In this document: positions 17,975 to 25,926 of the stretch, piece after piece
How the letters are laid out: each line of letters opens with the position of its first letter
Numbering within the stretch: the stretch's first letter is position 1
IMG/VR virus record: IMGVR_UViG_3300011335_000201
Location: 1 to 26,065 of that record
From: a virus
Lineage: Duplodnaviria; Caudoviricetes
Reading direction: 5' to 3' (one strand)
DNA length: 26,065 bases
Translations under genes and position numbers: made by a program
The notes under the pieces: model-generated
What the model saw: only the letters and a program-made list of their open reading frames with translations
Told to the model about the DNA's origin: nothing
Database searches by the model: none

Positions 17975-17998
17975 GTTATGAAACTTTTTATATCTTTG
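17969..17998 (+). promoter_or_regulatory. Bacteroidota sigma70 early promoter
   Basis: TTTG (17969-17972)-N18-TATCTTTG (17991-17998), matching the -33/-7 consensus. Confidence 0.8.
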
Positions 17999-18025
17999 TC
18001 AGGTATTAACACTTAAAAATTATTT

Positions 18026-18232
18026 ATGAAAACGGAAAACATTACAATTGAAAGAACAAAAAGCTACGGGCACTACCGAGTAACAGGTACTATTAATGGT
18101 ACTGAGGTATCATGCATCACTACCGATAGTGAAGCATTTGATTACCTAAATGATGAAGATTACCCTGAGAAACAAGCAGAAGCTCAGGCACATTGTGAAT
18201 TATTATTAACCCTAACATACCAAAACTTATGA
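18026..18232 (+). CDS. Hypothetical early protein (68 aa)
   Basis: First ORF after the early promoter, AT-rich leader. Confidence 0.75.
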   Translation: MKTENITIERTKSYGHYRVTGTINGTEVSCITTDSEAFDYLNDEDYPEKQAEAQAHCELLLTLTYQNL

Positions 18233-18396
18233 AACAGTTTGAAAGAGCCCTTGACTTTATCAAGACCAACGAAAACAACGCAGCTTACCTTGCTTTATTC
18301 CTAGAGCAACTGCTTGTTGAAGCTACCGAGGAAATGACCCAAGTAGCATTAGATAACACTGAAGATTTTTTAGACATCCTAAACGTAAACAAATGA
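18229..18396 (+). CDS. Hypothetical early protein (55 aa, acidic helical); not in ORF track
   Basis: MKQFERALDFIKTNENNAAYLALFLEQLLVEATEEMTQVALDNTEDFLDILNVNK, with ATGA coupling at both ends. Confidence 0.75.
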   Translation: MKQFERALDFIKTNENNAAYLALFLEQLLVEATEEMTQVALDNTEDFLDILNVNK

Positions 18397-18491
18397 AAAA
18401 AGAACTATTTGATGTAGTAGCAAGTTTCGCTGTGGTCGTGGGTACCATGGTGGCAATGTATCACACTTTAATCTTTATGATATGCAAGTAA
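18393..18491 (+). CDS. Small membrane peptide (32 aa); not in ORF track
   Basis: MKKELFDVVASFAVVVGTMVAMYHTLIFMICK, ATGA-coupled to the previous gene. Confidence 0.6.
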   Translation: MKKELFDVVASFAVVVGTMVAMYHTLIFMICK

Positions 18492-18772
18492 GTATAGAAA
18501 ACAACAGAGCATACTTTGAATTTGATGAGGTCCATGGAAGCTGTGAGTTTAAGATCACTAACATTACCGATGAGGACTATGAGGTGGAGCTGAGTGAAAT
18601 TAAAGCTACTCAGGTTATTGGTGAGGTGGAGCTTGACTATATCCTTACTGACATGCAACTTGACCAACTCAATGAGGAAATTATTTGGTGCATCCAGGAG
18701 ACTACACTGATTGAAGATATGCAAAATTTAGAAGATGATTTTGATGAAGATGCGTGGAGGTATGATGCATAG
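18482..18772 (+). CDS. Highly acidic hypothetical protein (96 aa)
   Basis: 28 D/E versus 4 K/R by manual count. Confidence 0.75.
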   Translation: MQVSIENNRAYFEFDEVHGSCEFKITNITDEDYEVELSEIKATQVIGEVELDYILTDMQLDQLNEEIIWCIQETTLIEDMQNLEDDFDEDAWRYDA

Positions 18773-19010
18773 AGATATATCAGAGATGGCGAGATGGTGG
18801 ACCAAGCAGTCATTTGCAGGAGATAGGGGCGGCTCCTTTAATACCGCCCTATATTTAGAATACTTAAAATGTAAAAACTCATGTACAGATTACTCTACTA
18901 TTATGAGTCAAAGCTCGCAGAGAGCTATGACTTCCCTACCAAAGCCTTGTGTCATTGGAAACTCAACCAATTCAGGGCAGCAGGTACTCACGTTTACGGA
19001 CACTTTGTAA
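18762..19010 (+). CDS. Hypothetical protein
   Basis: Start more likely at MMHRDISEMARWW, overlapping the upstream stop. The 3' half overlaps another ORF. Confidence 0.5.
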   Translation: MMHRDISEMARWWTKQSFAGDRGGSFNTALYLEYLKCKNSCTDYSTIMSQSSQRAMTSLPKPCVIGNSTNSGQQVLTFTDTL

Positions 19011-19042
19011 TTGAAAAGGTATGCGAGCAGATAAGATACTAG
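18881..19042 (+). CDS. Hypothetical protein (53 aa); not in ORF track
   Basis: MYRLLYYYESKLAESYDFPTKALCHWKLNQFRAAGTHVYGHFVIEKVCEQIRY, A-rich start context. Confidence 0.6.
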   Translation: MYRLLYYYESKLAESYDFPTKALCHWKLNQFRAAGTHVYGHFVIEKVCEQIRY

Positions 19043-19629
19043 AAATACTCTACCCATACATCCCTGCTCAAGTACTTGGCGACTATCTTGGATTGACTGT
19101 ATCACAAGTGTACAATAGAACGTACAAAAGAGGTATTAAGAAAGACCCAAAGTTAAAGAAAGAGATTAACCGGGCTAAGGTTTTGAAGGCAGGTTATGCT
19201 ACAAGGTTTGAGAAAGGCAATAAGCCATGGAATGAGGGCAAAAAGTGTCCTAATTTACTCCTGACCAATGCAGCTAAGACCATGTTTAAGCCTGGACAAA
19301 AGCCTCACAACACCAAAGAGGACAATGCCATGAGCATACGCAAAGATACAAGTGGTAGATTGTACTACTACAGTAAGCTTGCAGATAGTAAATGGGTGCT
19401 AACTCATAGATTGATATGGGAGCAGGCTAATGGACCCATCCCTGCTAAGCACATTGTACGGTTTATTGATGGCAACACGATGAACTTACAGCTATCCAAC
19501 CTTGAGTGCATTCCAATGAGTGAGAATGCCAATCGTAACACACTACACAGGTTCCCTGATGACCTAAAAAAAGTAATCAGGCTTAAAGCTAAATTAAACA
19601 AACACATAAAAAACAAACAAAATGGCTAG
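19021..19629 (+). CDS. HNH endonuclease (HNH_3) with N-terminal HTH-like region
   Basis: THRLIWEQANGPIPAKHIVRFIDGNTMNLQLSNLECI, FEKGNKPWN/FKPGQKPHN repeats, LGDYLGLTVSQVYNR. Confidence 0.85.
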   Translation: MRADKILEILYPYIPAQVLGDYLGLTVSQVYNRTYKRGIKKDPKLKKEINRAKVLKAGYATRFEKGNKPWNEGKKCPNLLLTNAAKTMFKPGQKPHNTKEDNAMSIRKDTSGRLYYYSKLADSKWVLTHRLIWEQANGPIPAKHIVRFIDGNTMNLQLSNLECIPMSENANRNTLHRFPDDLKKVIRLKAKLNKHIKNKQNG

Positions 19630-19870
19630 AAATGGAATGAACGATCTACGTGATCACCTCTTTGCAGCACTCGAGAGATTAAATGATGATGAGCTAACAC
19701 CTGAACAACTTGCTACTGAGGTAGAAAAGGCACAGGCAATATCTAACCTATCCAACTCTGTGATTAACAGTGCTAAGGCTGAGGTGGACTTTATGAAAGC
19801 TACCGGCATGATTGCTACTACAAGCAATTTATTCAAAGGAGTTAATGACCCTAAAAGATTAGAAGCATGA
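19622..19870 (+). CDS. Conserved helical phage protein, usual partner of this HNH type
   Basis: NDLRDHLFAALERL...EVEKAQAISNLSNSVINSAK. Confidence 0.7.
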   Translation: MARNGMNDLRDHLFAALERLNDDELTPEQLATEVEKAQAISNLSNSVINSAKAEVDFMKATGMIATTSNLFKGVNDPKRLEA

Positions 19871-20055
19871 AATACGTGAAATACTACAGAATGTGGATTG
19901 AAGATAAAGTAAAGCCTGAGGGTGGATTTTGGTGCTACATGGGTACAGATGAGAAAAACTTTCTTTATCAGTTAAATTTTCCTTATGAAAAGAATTTTCA
20001 ACCCGAGACCTTGGAGCAGTACCTGCAATGGGGCTATAGAATACAAGAGCTATGA
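19867..20055 (+). CDS. Hypothetical protein (62 aa)
   Basis: ATGA-coupled on both sides. Confidence 0.7.
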   Translation: MKYVKYYRMWIEDKVKPEGGFWCYMGTDEKNFLYQLNFPYEKNFQPETLEQYLQWGYRIQEL

Positions 20056-20549
20056 AAGGAGAAATAGATGAGACAGTATTTGAGCTCACAAAGCTAGCTA
20101 ATGAGGATCTAATGAATTTAATCCTGGAATACCAACTGAACACCCCGAGCAGAATTGAGTCAGTAACTTACAAGAGGTACTACATGTACAACTTTATGTA
20201 CAATTACCGGCACATGACATACAGCATGATTGGCAAGTTTTTCAACCGTGACCACTCAACAGTGATACATGGGATGAAAGAGCACCAGTATTGGTACAAT
20301 AGAAAAGATGAAAGATACCTCAAGTATATCCACCCATTGCCTGAGCTGATTAAACAAAAGCGTGACGATATAAACATCTTTGATGTCAGTGTTATGCCAA
20401 TGTGTGACGAGGAAGCAAGGGTAACAATCACAGGAAACTACCCACCAAAGTTATTAACAAAATTCCAAGATAAGATGACTACATCCGAGATTGTATCTAT
20501 CTTTGAGGACCATAATTTTTTAAGGGTTAATATGGGGGAGGGGGTCTAG
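20052..20549 (+). CDS. DnaA C-terminal (domain IV)-like HTH DNA-binding protein
   Basis: MTYSMIGKFFNRDHSTVIHG matches the DnaA signature IG..F..RDH(T/S)TV.H. No AAA+ domain. Confidence 0.75.
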   Translation: MKGEIDETVFELTKLANEDLMNLILEYQLNTPSRIESVTYKRYYMYNFMYNYRHMTYSMIGKFFNRDHSTVIHGMKEHQYWYNRKDERYLKYIHPLPELIKQKRDDINIFDVSVMPMCDEEARVTITGNYPPKLLTKFQDKMTTSEIVSIFEDHNFLRVNMGEGV

Positions 20550-20563
20550 GCTCCCTCTTTTTT
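20538..20563 (+). terminator. Rho-independent terminator
   Basis: GAGGGGG-TCTAGG-CTCCCTC-TTTTTT. Confidence 0.75.
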
Positions 20564-20571
20564 GTGGCAGT

Positions 20572-20746
20572 GTGACGATGTGACGATACTCTTATATAGG
20601 GTCCTTAAAAAATACACCACTAAAAAAGTTTTCGTTTTGGAAAATTTACCGTCTTATCGTCACGCTTTGCCTGAAACCTAATACTGCATTAGTTTATATC
20701 CGTGACGATAAATAAAAATTATCGTCACAAATTGTCTTTTATCGTC
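20572..20746. repeat. Iteron-like GTGACGAT(AA) repeats, putative replication origin
   Basis: Forward copies at 20572, 20580 and 20702. Reverse copies at 20654, 20719 and a partial at 20739. Non-coding, directly before the primase-helicase. Confidence 0.75.
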
Positions 20747-20766
20747 TTTTTTAATACTTTTACAAT

Positions 20767-23088
20767 ATGTTTAACCCTAAAATTTCAGTCTTTCGCAGTT
20801 TATTTAACAGCAAAGAGACACCTTTCACACTCGAGGCAATAGAAGTGTACAATAGAATAAAGCAAGGAAACCCCGAGCTTATAGGTAAGATAAAGAAACT
20901 GCGAGCAGGGGATGCTGATAGCAAGATGCAGCTCATGGCTATCATGTTTAATGGTACATTCTCTGAACGCAAGGATGATGGACTCATTCAGCACAGCGGA
21001 TTGTGTGTCCTGGACTTTGATAAGTATCCGGATGCACAGACCTTAAAAGCTGAACGCAAGAGGCTGATGGATTGCCCTTATGTGTACATGATGTTTACAT
21101 CCCCTAGTGGAAATGGACTCAAGGTAGTTATCCGTACACCTGAAAGTGACAAGTTTGAACACAAGAGGAGGTTTGAAGCATACAAGGAGTACATCCAAAG
21201 TGATTATTTTGATGTTGCCAATAGCAATGTGTCAAGGGTATGCTTTGAGTCATATGATCCTGATGCATACCTCAATGAATTTTGTGATGTGTTCCCAGGT
21301 ATCACCGATGACAAAGGCTACCACAAGTCTGAGAAGATTGCAGTGCTCCCCATTGCTAATGAAGACCGCATCATTGAGCTAATTTTGAAGTTTAACCATG
21401 GTAAGTTTGAAGGGGGCCGAAACAATTGGACCTTTAAGGTGGCATGCACTATGTGTGAGTATGGCGTGGATAAATATGCTGCTAAAAACTACCTGCTACA
21501 ATATGCACAGGAGGACTTTACAGCCAATGAAATCAACTATACCGTAGAGAATGCATACAAGAGTAGCAATTTTAACACAAAATACTTTGAAGATACCTAT
21601 ACCGTTAACAAGGTAAAGGTTAAACTTAAAGAGGGGGTCAAAGATGAGGACATCCAAAAGCAGTTAGGGGTGAGTGGTAGTATCATTGAGTCAGTAAAAG
21701 AGGAGGTTCAGAACTCTGATGATGTGTTTTGGCAGGCTGATGGTAAGAAAATTACTATCGTACCCCATGACTATGCTATTTTCCTACACAAGCATGGCTT
21801 TGCTAAGTACTATCCGGAACGTAGCAACAAGCCTACATATGTGTACATTGAAGAGAACAAGGTATCTGAGAGCTCAGTAGAGCTGATAAAGGACTTTGTG
21901 CTCAAGTACTGCCTTGCTAAGGGTGAGCTGGATGTATATAACCACTGTGCTAAGAGTGCTCAGCTCTTCACTGAGTCACATCTTAACATGTTAGAGTCCA
22001 TTGAGATGCGTATCCTACAGGACAGCAGGTATGTATCTTACATTCCATTCCTGAATGGCGTGGTGCAGGTAACTAAGGACAAGGTGGAGCTACTGAGCTA
22101 CATTGATATTGATGGGTATATATGGAAAGAGCAGATTATTAAAAGAAACTTCACACCACTGAAGTCTTATGATAACAATTTTCAGGACTTTGTGCACAAG
22201 GTATCAGCCCAGGAGGAGCAACGTATCAAAGCAATGGAGTCAACACTTGGCTACCTCATCCACACATTCAAAGATAAGACTGACCAAAAGGCAATAATAT
22301 TCAATGACCAAGAGATAGATGATAACCCCAACGGAGGGAGTGGTAAGTCACTCATGTTGACAGCCATCGGGAATATCCGCAAGATTATTAAGATAGATGG
22401 CAAGGCTTACAACCCATCTAAGAATGACTTTGTCTATCAAAGGGTGAACATGGACACACAGGTGCTAGCTTTTGATGATGTTAAAAAACACTTTGATTTT
22501 GAGCAGTTATTCTCACTGATCACTGAGGGTATACCGGTCAACAGAAAGAATAAGGATGAAATATATATCCCATTTGAGAGATCACCTAAGATAGTTATCA
22601 CTACCAACTATGTGATTAGTGGAGCAGGTACATCCCATGATAGGAGAAGGCACGAAATAGAGTTCTTTCAGTACTTCAATAGCCAACGTAACCCACAGGA
22701 TGAATACGGTAAGCTATTGTTTGATGAGTGGACACCAAGCGAATGGTCAAATTTTGATAACTACATGTTGAGTAACTTGCAGATGTACTTGCAGAATGGT
22801 CTACTTAGAAGTGTATCTATTAATGCGGATGCGAAGAGATTCATTCAAAATACCTGCAAGGAATTCTATGACTTTGTAATGGATGGGAATATAGCCATTG
22901 ATGTAAGACACTACAACAAATCATGCACTGAGGCATTTCAAGCTGATACAAATGGCTTCAAGGACCTTGACTCAAGGAAGTTCATCAAATGGGTGCAGGT
23001 GTATGCACTATACAAGGGCTACAAGTTCACTAAGAACAAAGACCATCACGGTAGATATTTTGAATTAACTAAGGAAGATAACCTATAA
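20767..23088 (+). CDS. Primase-helicase (BT4734/VirE-N AEP-type primase, PriCT-like domain, SF3-type helicase)
   Basis: HSGLCVLDFD, FTSPSGNGLKV, RVCFESYDP, GGRNN, Walker A GGSGKS, Walker B LAFDD, IVITTN. Confidence 0.9.
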   Translation: MFNPKISVFRSLFNSKETPFTLEAIEVYNRIKQGNPELIGKIKKLRAGDADSKMQLMAIMFNGTFSERKDDGLIQHSGLCVLDFDKYPDAQTLKAERKRLMDCPYVYMMFTSPSGNGLKVVIRTPESDKFEHKRRFEAYKEYIQSDYFDVANSNVSRVCFESYDPDAYLNEFCDVFPGITDDKGYHKSEKIAVLPIANEDRIIELILKFNHGKFEGGRNNWTFKVACTMCEYGVDKYAAKNYLLQYAQEDFTANEINYTVENAYKSSNFNTKYFEDTYTVNKVKVKLKEGVKDEDIQKQLGVSGSIIESVKEEVQNSDDVFWQADGKKITIVPHDYAIFLHKHGFAKYYPERSNKPTYVYIEENKVSESSVELIKDFVLKYCLAKGELDVYNHCAKSAQLFTESHLNMLESIEMRILQDSRYVSYIPFLNGVVQVTKDKVELLSYIDIDGYIWKEQIIKRNFTPLKSYDNNFQDFVHKVSAQEEQRIKAMESTLGYLIHTFKDKTDQKAIIFNDQEIDDNPNGGSGKSLMLTAIGNIRKIIKIDGKAYNPSKNDFVYQRVNMDTQVLAFDDVKKHFDFEQLFSLITEGIPVNRKNKDEIYIPFERSPKIVITTNYVISGAGTSHDRRRHEIEFFQYFNSQRNPQDEYGKLLFDEWTPSEWSNFDNYMLSNLQMYLQNGLLRSVSINADAKRFIQNTCKEFYDFVMDGNIAIDVRHYNKSCTEAFQADTNGFKDLDSRKFIKWVQVYALYKGYKFTKNKDHHGRYFELTKEDNL

Positions 23089-23089
23089 G

Positions 23090-23545
23090 ATGAAAAAAGA
23101 GTATAAAACGTTAATGCATGAGTTGAAAGTTAAACGCTATGCAATCACTCACCCGAATTACCCACCCGATTATATCCCAAAAACTATGTACAAAGACTCA
23201 ACAGCAAACGGATTGACAAGAGCAATCTGCGACTACATTAATTACCATGGCTATCAGGCTGAAAGGATTAATACCATGGGAACAGCAAGAGAAAAAAAGA
23301 CCACAGCCGGTAAGGTCATAGGTGTTACCTGGACAAAAGGCACAAGCACTGCAGGGAGTGCTGATATATCTGCTACCATTAAAGGACGTTCAGTTAAGAT
23401 TGAGGTAAAGATAGGTAAGGATAGGCAGTCAGAGGCACAGAAGAGATACCAAGAGAACATTGAGAAAGCAGGTGGGACCTACTACATTGCTCGTAACTTT
23501 GATGATTTTGTAGATTTTTTTAATGATTTTGTATCAACGAATTAA
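23090..23545 (+). CDS. VRR-NUC / PD-(D/E)xK nuclease, resolvase-like
   Basis: GSADI...KIEVKIGKDRQSEAQK...AGGTYYIAR. Confidence 0.8.
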   Translation: MKKEYKTLMHELKVKRYAITHPNYPPDYIPKTMYKDSTANGLTRAICDYINYHGYQAERINTMGTAREKKTTAGKVIGVTWTKGTSTAGSADISATIKGRSVKIEVKIGKDRQSEAQKRYQENIEKAGGTYYIARNFDDFVDFFNDFVSTN

Positions 23546-23561
23546 ATTATTTGTATATTTG
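23528..23561 (+). promoter_or_regulatory. Bacteroidota sigma70 promoter for the recombination genes
   Basis: TATATTTG 23554-23561 and TTTG 23528-23531 (22-nt spacer, slightly long). Confidence 0.6.
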
Positions 23562-23582
23562 TTAAAATTAATACCTTAAAAA

Positions 23583-24119
23583 ATGGCAACAGTTAGAAAA
23601 ACCCCTGAAGCTGAACAGGCAAAAACAGCATTAAATATCTACCAAAAGCTGCACCTAGCGAAGCAGTCAATGGGTAAGGTCATTAAGAATGCTACTAATC
23701 CCCATCTCAAGCGGAACTATGCAGATATTAACAGCATCATTGATACGGTGGAGCCTATTCTCCTGGATCATGGCCTGCTATTAATTCAGCCTGTGAAAGA
23801 TGACAAGGTATATACTATAGTGGTGGATGTAGAGAATGGTGATAGGTTTGAGTCATTCATGACATTACCTCCCATCACAGATGCACAGAAGTTAGGAGGA
23901 GCTATCACATACTTCCGTAGATATACGCTAGTATCTTTGCTATCTCTGCAGGCAGTGGATGATGATGGCCATGAGGCAAGCAGAGCACCAAAGGCTAAGC
24001 CATCACTGGATGCTGAGAAGTTCGGTAAAGCATTAAAAGCTATTGCAGATGGAAGATACTCAGTAGATGAGCTGAAAGCTACCTATTCACTAACCAAAGA
24101 GCAGGAGGGGCAGTTATGA
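23583..24119 (+). CDS. erf: ERF-family single-strand annealing protein
   Basis: KNATNPH...YADI and QKLGGAITYFRRYTLVSLLSLQAVDDDG, the ERF signature. Confidence 0.9.
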   Translation: MATVRKTPEAEQAKTALNIYQKLHLAKQSMGKVIKNATNPHLKRNYADINSIIDTVEPILLDHGLLLIQPVKDDKVYTIVVDVENGDRFESFMTLPPITDAQKLGGAITYFRRYTLVSLLSLQAVDDDGHEASRAPKAKPSLDAEKFGKALKAIADGRYSVDELKATYSLTKEQEGQL

Positions 24120-24739
24120 AATTCAGAGCATCACAATTAGGCAAGCTAATGACCTCCTCTAGGACTAAAGGGGAGGCATTAAGCCAAACAGCTAAGAGCT
24201 ACATCATTCAAAAAGCTAAAGAGGACTTTTATGACTATAAAACTGAATTAACTAACAAGTATGTCATGAAAGGTATTCACCAAGAACAGGATTCAATTGA
24301 CCTGCTAAATGCTGTGAGGTTTGAAAGCTATAAAAAGTACGAACATAGGGCAGAGAATGAGTGGTTAACCGGTAGCTGTGATATCATTACTGAGGACCTT
24401 ATCATTGACATCAAGAGCTCATGGTCCTTAGAGACGTTCCCTGCTACTAGCTATGAGCTAAAGGATCTATCTGAGTATGAATGGCAGGGTAGAGCCTACA
24501 TGTGGCTGTACGATAGGCCTAGATTTGAGCTGTGCTATGTGATGGTATCTACTGCAGATGATATTCTGAGTGATTATGATAGCTATGCTATTCACAAAGT
24601 AGATCATATAGATCCTGCTAAGAGAATCACATCAATCAGATTTGAGAGAGATAAGGAGCTGGAGATTCAGATGGCTGAGAAATTGATTGAGGCCACAAAG
24701 TTCTATAACGAAGTATTAACACAATTAAAAAATAAGTAA
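24116..24739 (+). CDS. Lambda-exonuclease/YqaJ-like PD-(D/E)xK nuclease
   Basis: FRASQLG, GSCDII...IDIKSS, YEWQGRAYM. Coupled to ERF. Confidence 0.8.
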   Translation: MKFRASQLGKLMTSSRTKGEALSQTAKSYIIQKAKEDFYDYKTELTNKYVMKGIHQEQDSIDLLNAVRFESYKKYEHRAENEWLTGSCDIITEDLIIDIKSSWSLETFPATSYELKDLSEYEWQGRAYMWLYDRPRFELCYVMVSTADDILSDYDSYAIHKVDHIDPAKRITSIRFERDKELEIQMAEKLIEATKFYNEVLTQLKNK

Positions 24740-24740
24740 A

Positions 24741-24938
24741 ATGACTAGAGAAGAATTCTATAATCAGGCAGTAATTAGTGCCATGCAGGGCCTATTGGCT
24801 GCATCAGGTAACTATAGTGATGGATTAATTGATAATCCGGTAGATCATACTACTAACGTAGCTATCCAATATGCTGAAGCATTAACATTAAAAGTTTATG
24901 GTGAGGAGATTGTATGGCCTAAAGAAAGAGTATACTAA
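24741..24938 (+). CDS. Small phage protein (AMQGLLA motif)
   Basis: TREEFYNQAVISAMQGLLA...AIQYAEAL. Confidence 0.7.
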   Translation: MTREEFYNQAVISAMQGLLAASGNYSDGLIDNPVDHTTNVAIQYAEALTLKVYGEEIVWPKERVY

Positions 24939-25222
24939 TGAACATAACACACGAACAGGATCCCATTCAACAGGAGGATACTATCCTGGTATCAGTGATG
25001 GCTAAGTACTATGAGAGGAGTAAAAGAGGGCAGGCTAAGTATGGTACTAACCTAGATAGAAAGGATGTAGATATCATTGGATGGCTTAACCATCTACAGG
25101 AGGAGCTGATGGATGCGACTCTATACATTGAGAAACTAAAGAAAGAGTTATCGGCTATTCAAGTAGCAATAGGTAAAGAAGTAAATTCACAAGAAAAAGA
25201 TGGAATGGAGGATGTATTATGA
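24938..25222 (+). CDS. Possible MazG-like all-alpha nucleotide pyrophosphohydrolase
   Basis: GQAKYG...WLNHLQEELMDATLY, with an EExxD acidic helix. Confidence 0.45.
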   Translation: MNITHEQDPIQQEDTILVSVMAKYYERSKRGQAKYGTNLDRKDVDIIGWLNHLQEELMDATLYIEKLKKELSAIQVAIGKEVNSQEKDGMEDVL

Positions 25223-25422
25223 ACAGAGAAGAAATAAAAAAAGATATATCTATAAAAACAAGATTAAATATAATGACAATTGAGCAACTTAAAGTTATTG
25301 ATTTTATAATTGATTATAGCTTTAAAGATAATGTCTATACCAATGGTACTATATTAGTTCCTTTATTTAGGGTGTTAGATGCTATTTCACAAGAAGGAAA
25401 CCAATATCAAGAGAGTTGTTAA
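25219..25422 (+). CDS. Hypothetical protein (67 aa), AT-rich
   Basis: ATGA-coupled ORF. Confidence 0.6.
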   Translation: MNREEIKKDISIKTRLNIMTIEQLKVIDFIIDYSFKDNVYTNGTILVPLFRVLDAISQEGNQYQESC

Positions 25423-25440
25423 CCTTTAAATCAGAATAAG

Positions 25441-25926
25441 ATGAAGCAAACAGCATTTATAAAAGGTACAAATTATCAAATATGTGAAGATGGCACTTTA
25501 TTAAATATACTAACAGGTAAATTAAAAAAGTGGTCAAAAGATTCAAATGGATATATGAGATGTACTATTTGGATTAATGGTAAATCAAAAACAATAAGTC
25601 AACATAGAATATTAGCTGAAAGTTTTATTGATAACCCTGAAAACAAATTACAAGTAAACCATAAAAATGGTATAAAGAATGACAATAAATTAGATAACTT
25701 AGAGTGGGCTACTCAGTCTGAAAATACATTGCATTCATTTGCTAATGGGTTACAACAGGTTACAAAGCCAAATATGATGAGTGTCATTGATAAAATATCA
25801 GGTACTTTATACGAAAGTATTTCAGAAGCATCAAGACAAACAGGATGGAGTGTAAGTCATCTAAGAAATATGTTGTTAAATAATAGAACTAATAAAACAA
25901 ATTTAGAATTTTATGGAAAGCAATAA
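25441..25926 (+). CDS. HNH homing endonuclease (NUMOD4-like/HNH_3/NUMOD1)
   Basis: QHRILAESFIDNP...QVNHKNGIKNDNKLDNLEWATQSENTLH and YESISEASR. AT-rich. Confidence 0.9.
   Translation: MKQTAFIKGTNYQICEDGTLLNILTGKLKKWSKDSNGYMRCTIWINGKSKTISQHRILAESFIDNPENKLQVNHKNGIKNDNKLDNLEWATQSENTLHSFANGLQQVTKPNMMSVIDKISGTLYESISEASRQTGWSVSHLRNMLLNNRTNKTNLEFYGKQ

Noticed and set aside
18824-18852. GGGCGG...CCGCCC hairpin
   Set aside because: Only a 6-bp core inside a coding region with no U-tract, so chance cannot be excluded.
20528-20600. TAATATGGGG (20528) and TTATATAGGG (20592) as extra late-promoter copies
   Set aside because: Mismatched 10-mers, no AACA at the proper distance and no adjacent gene start.
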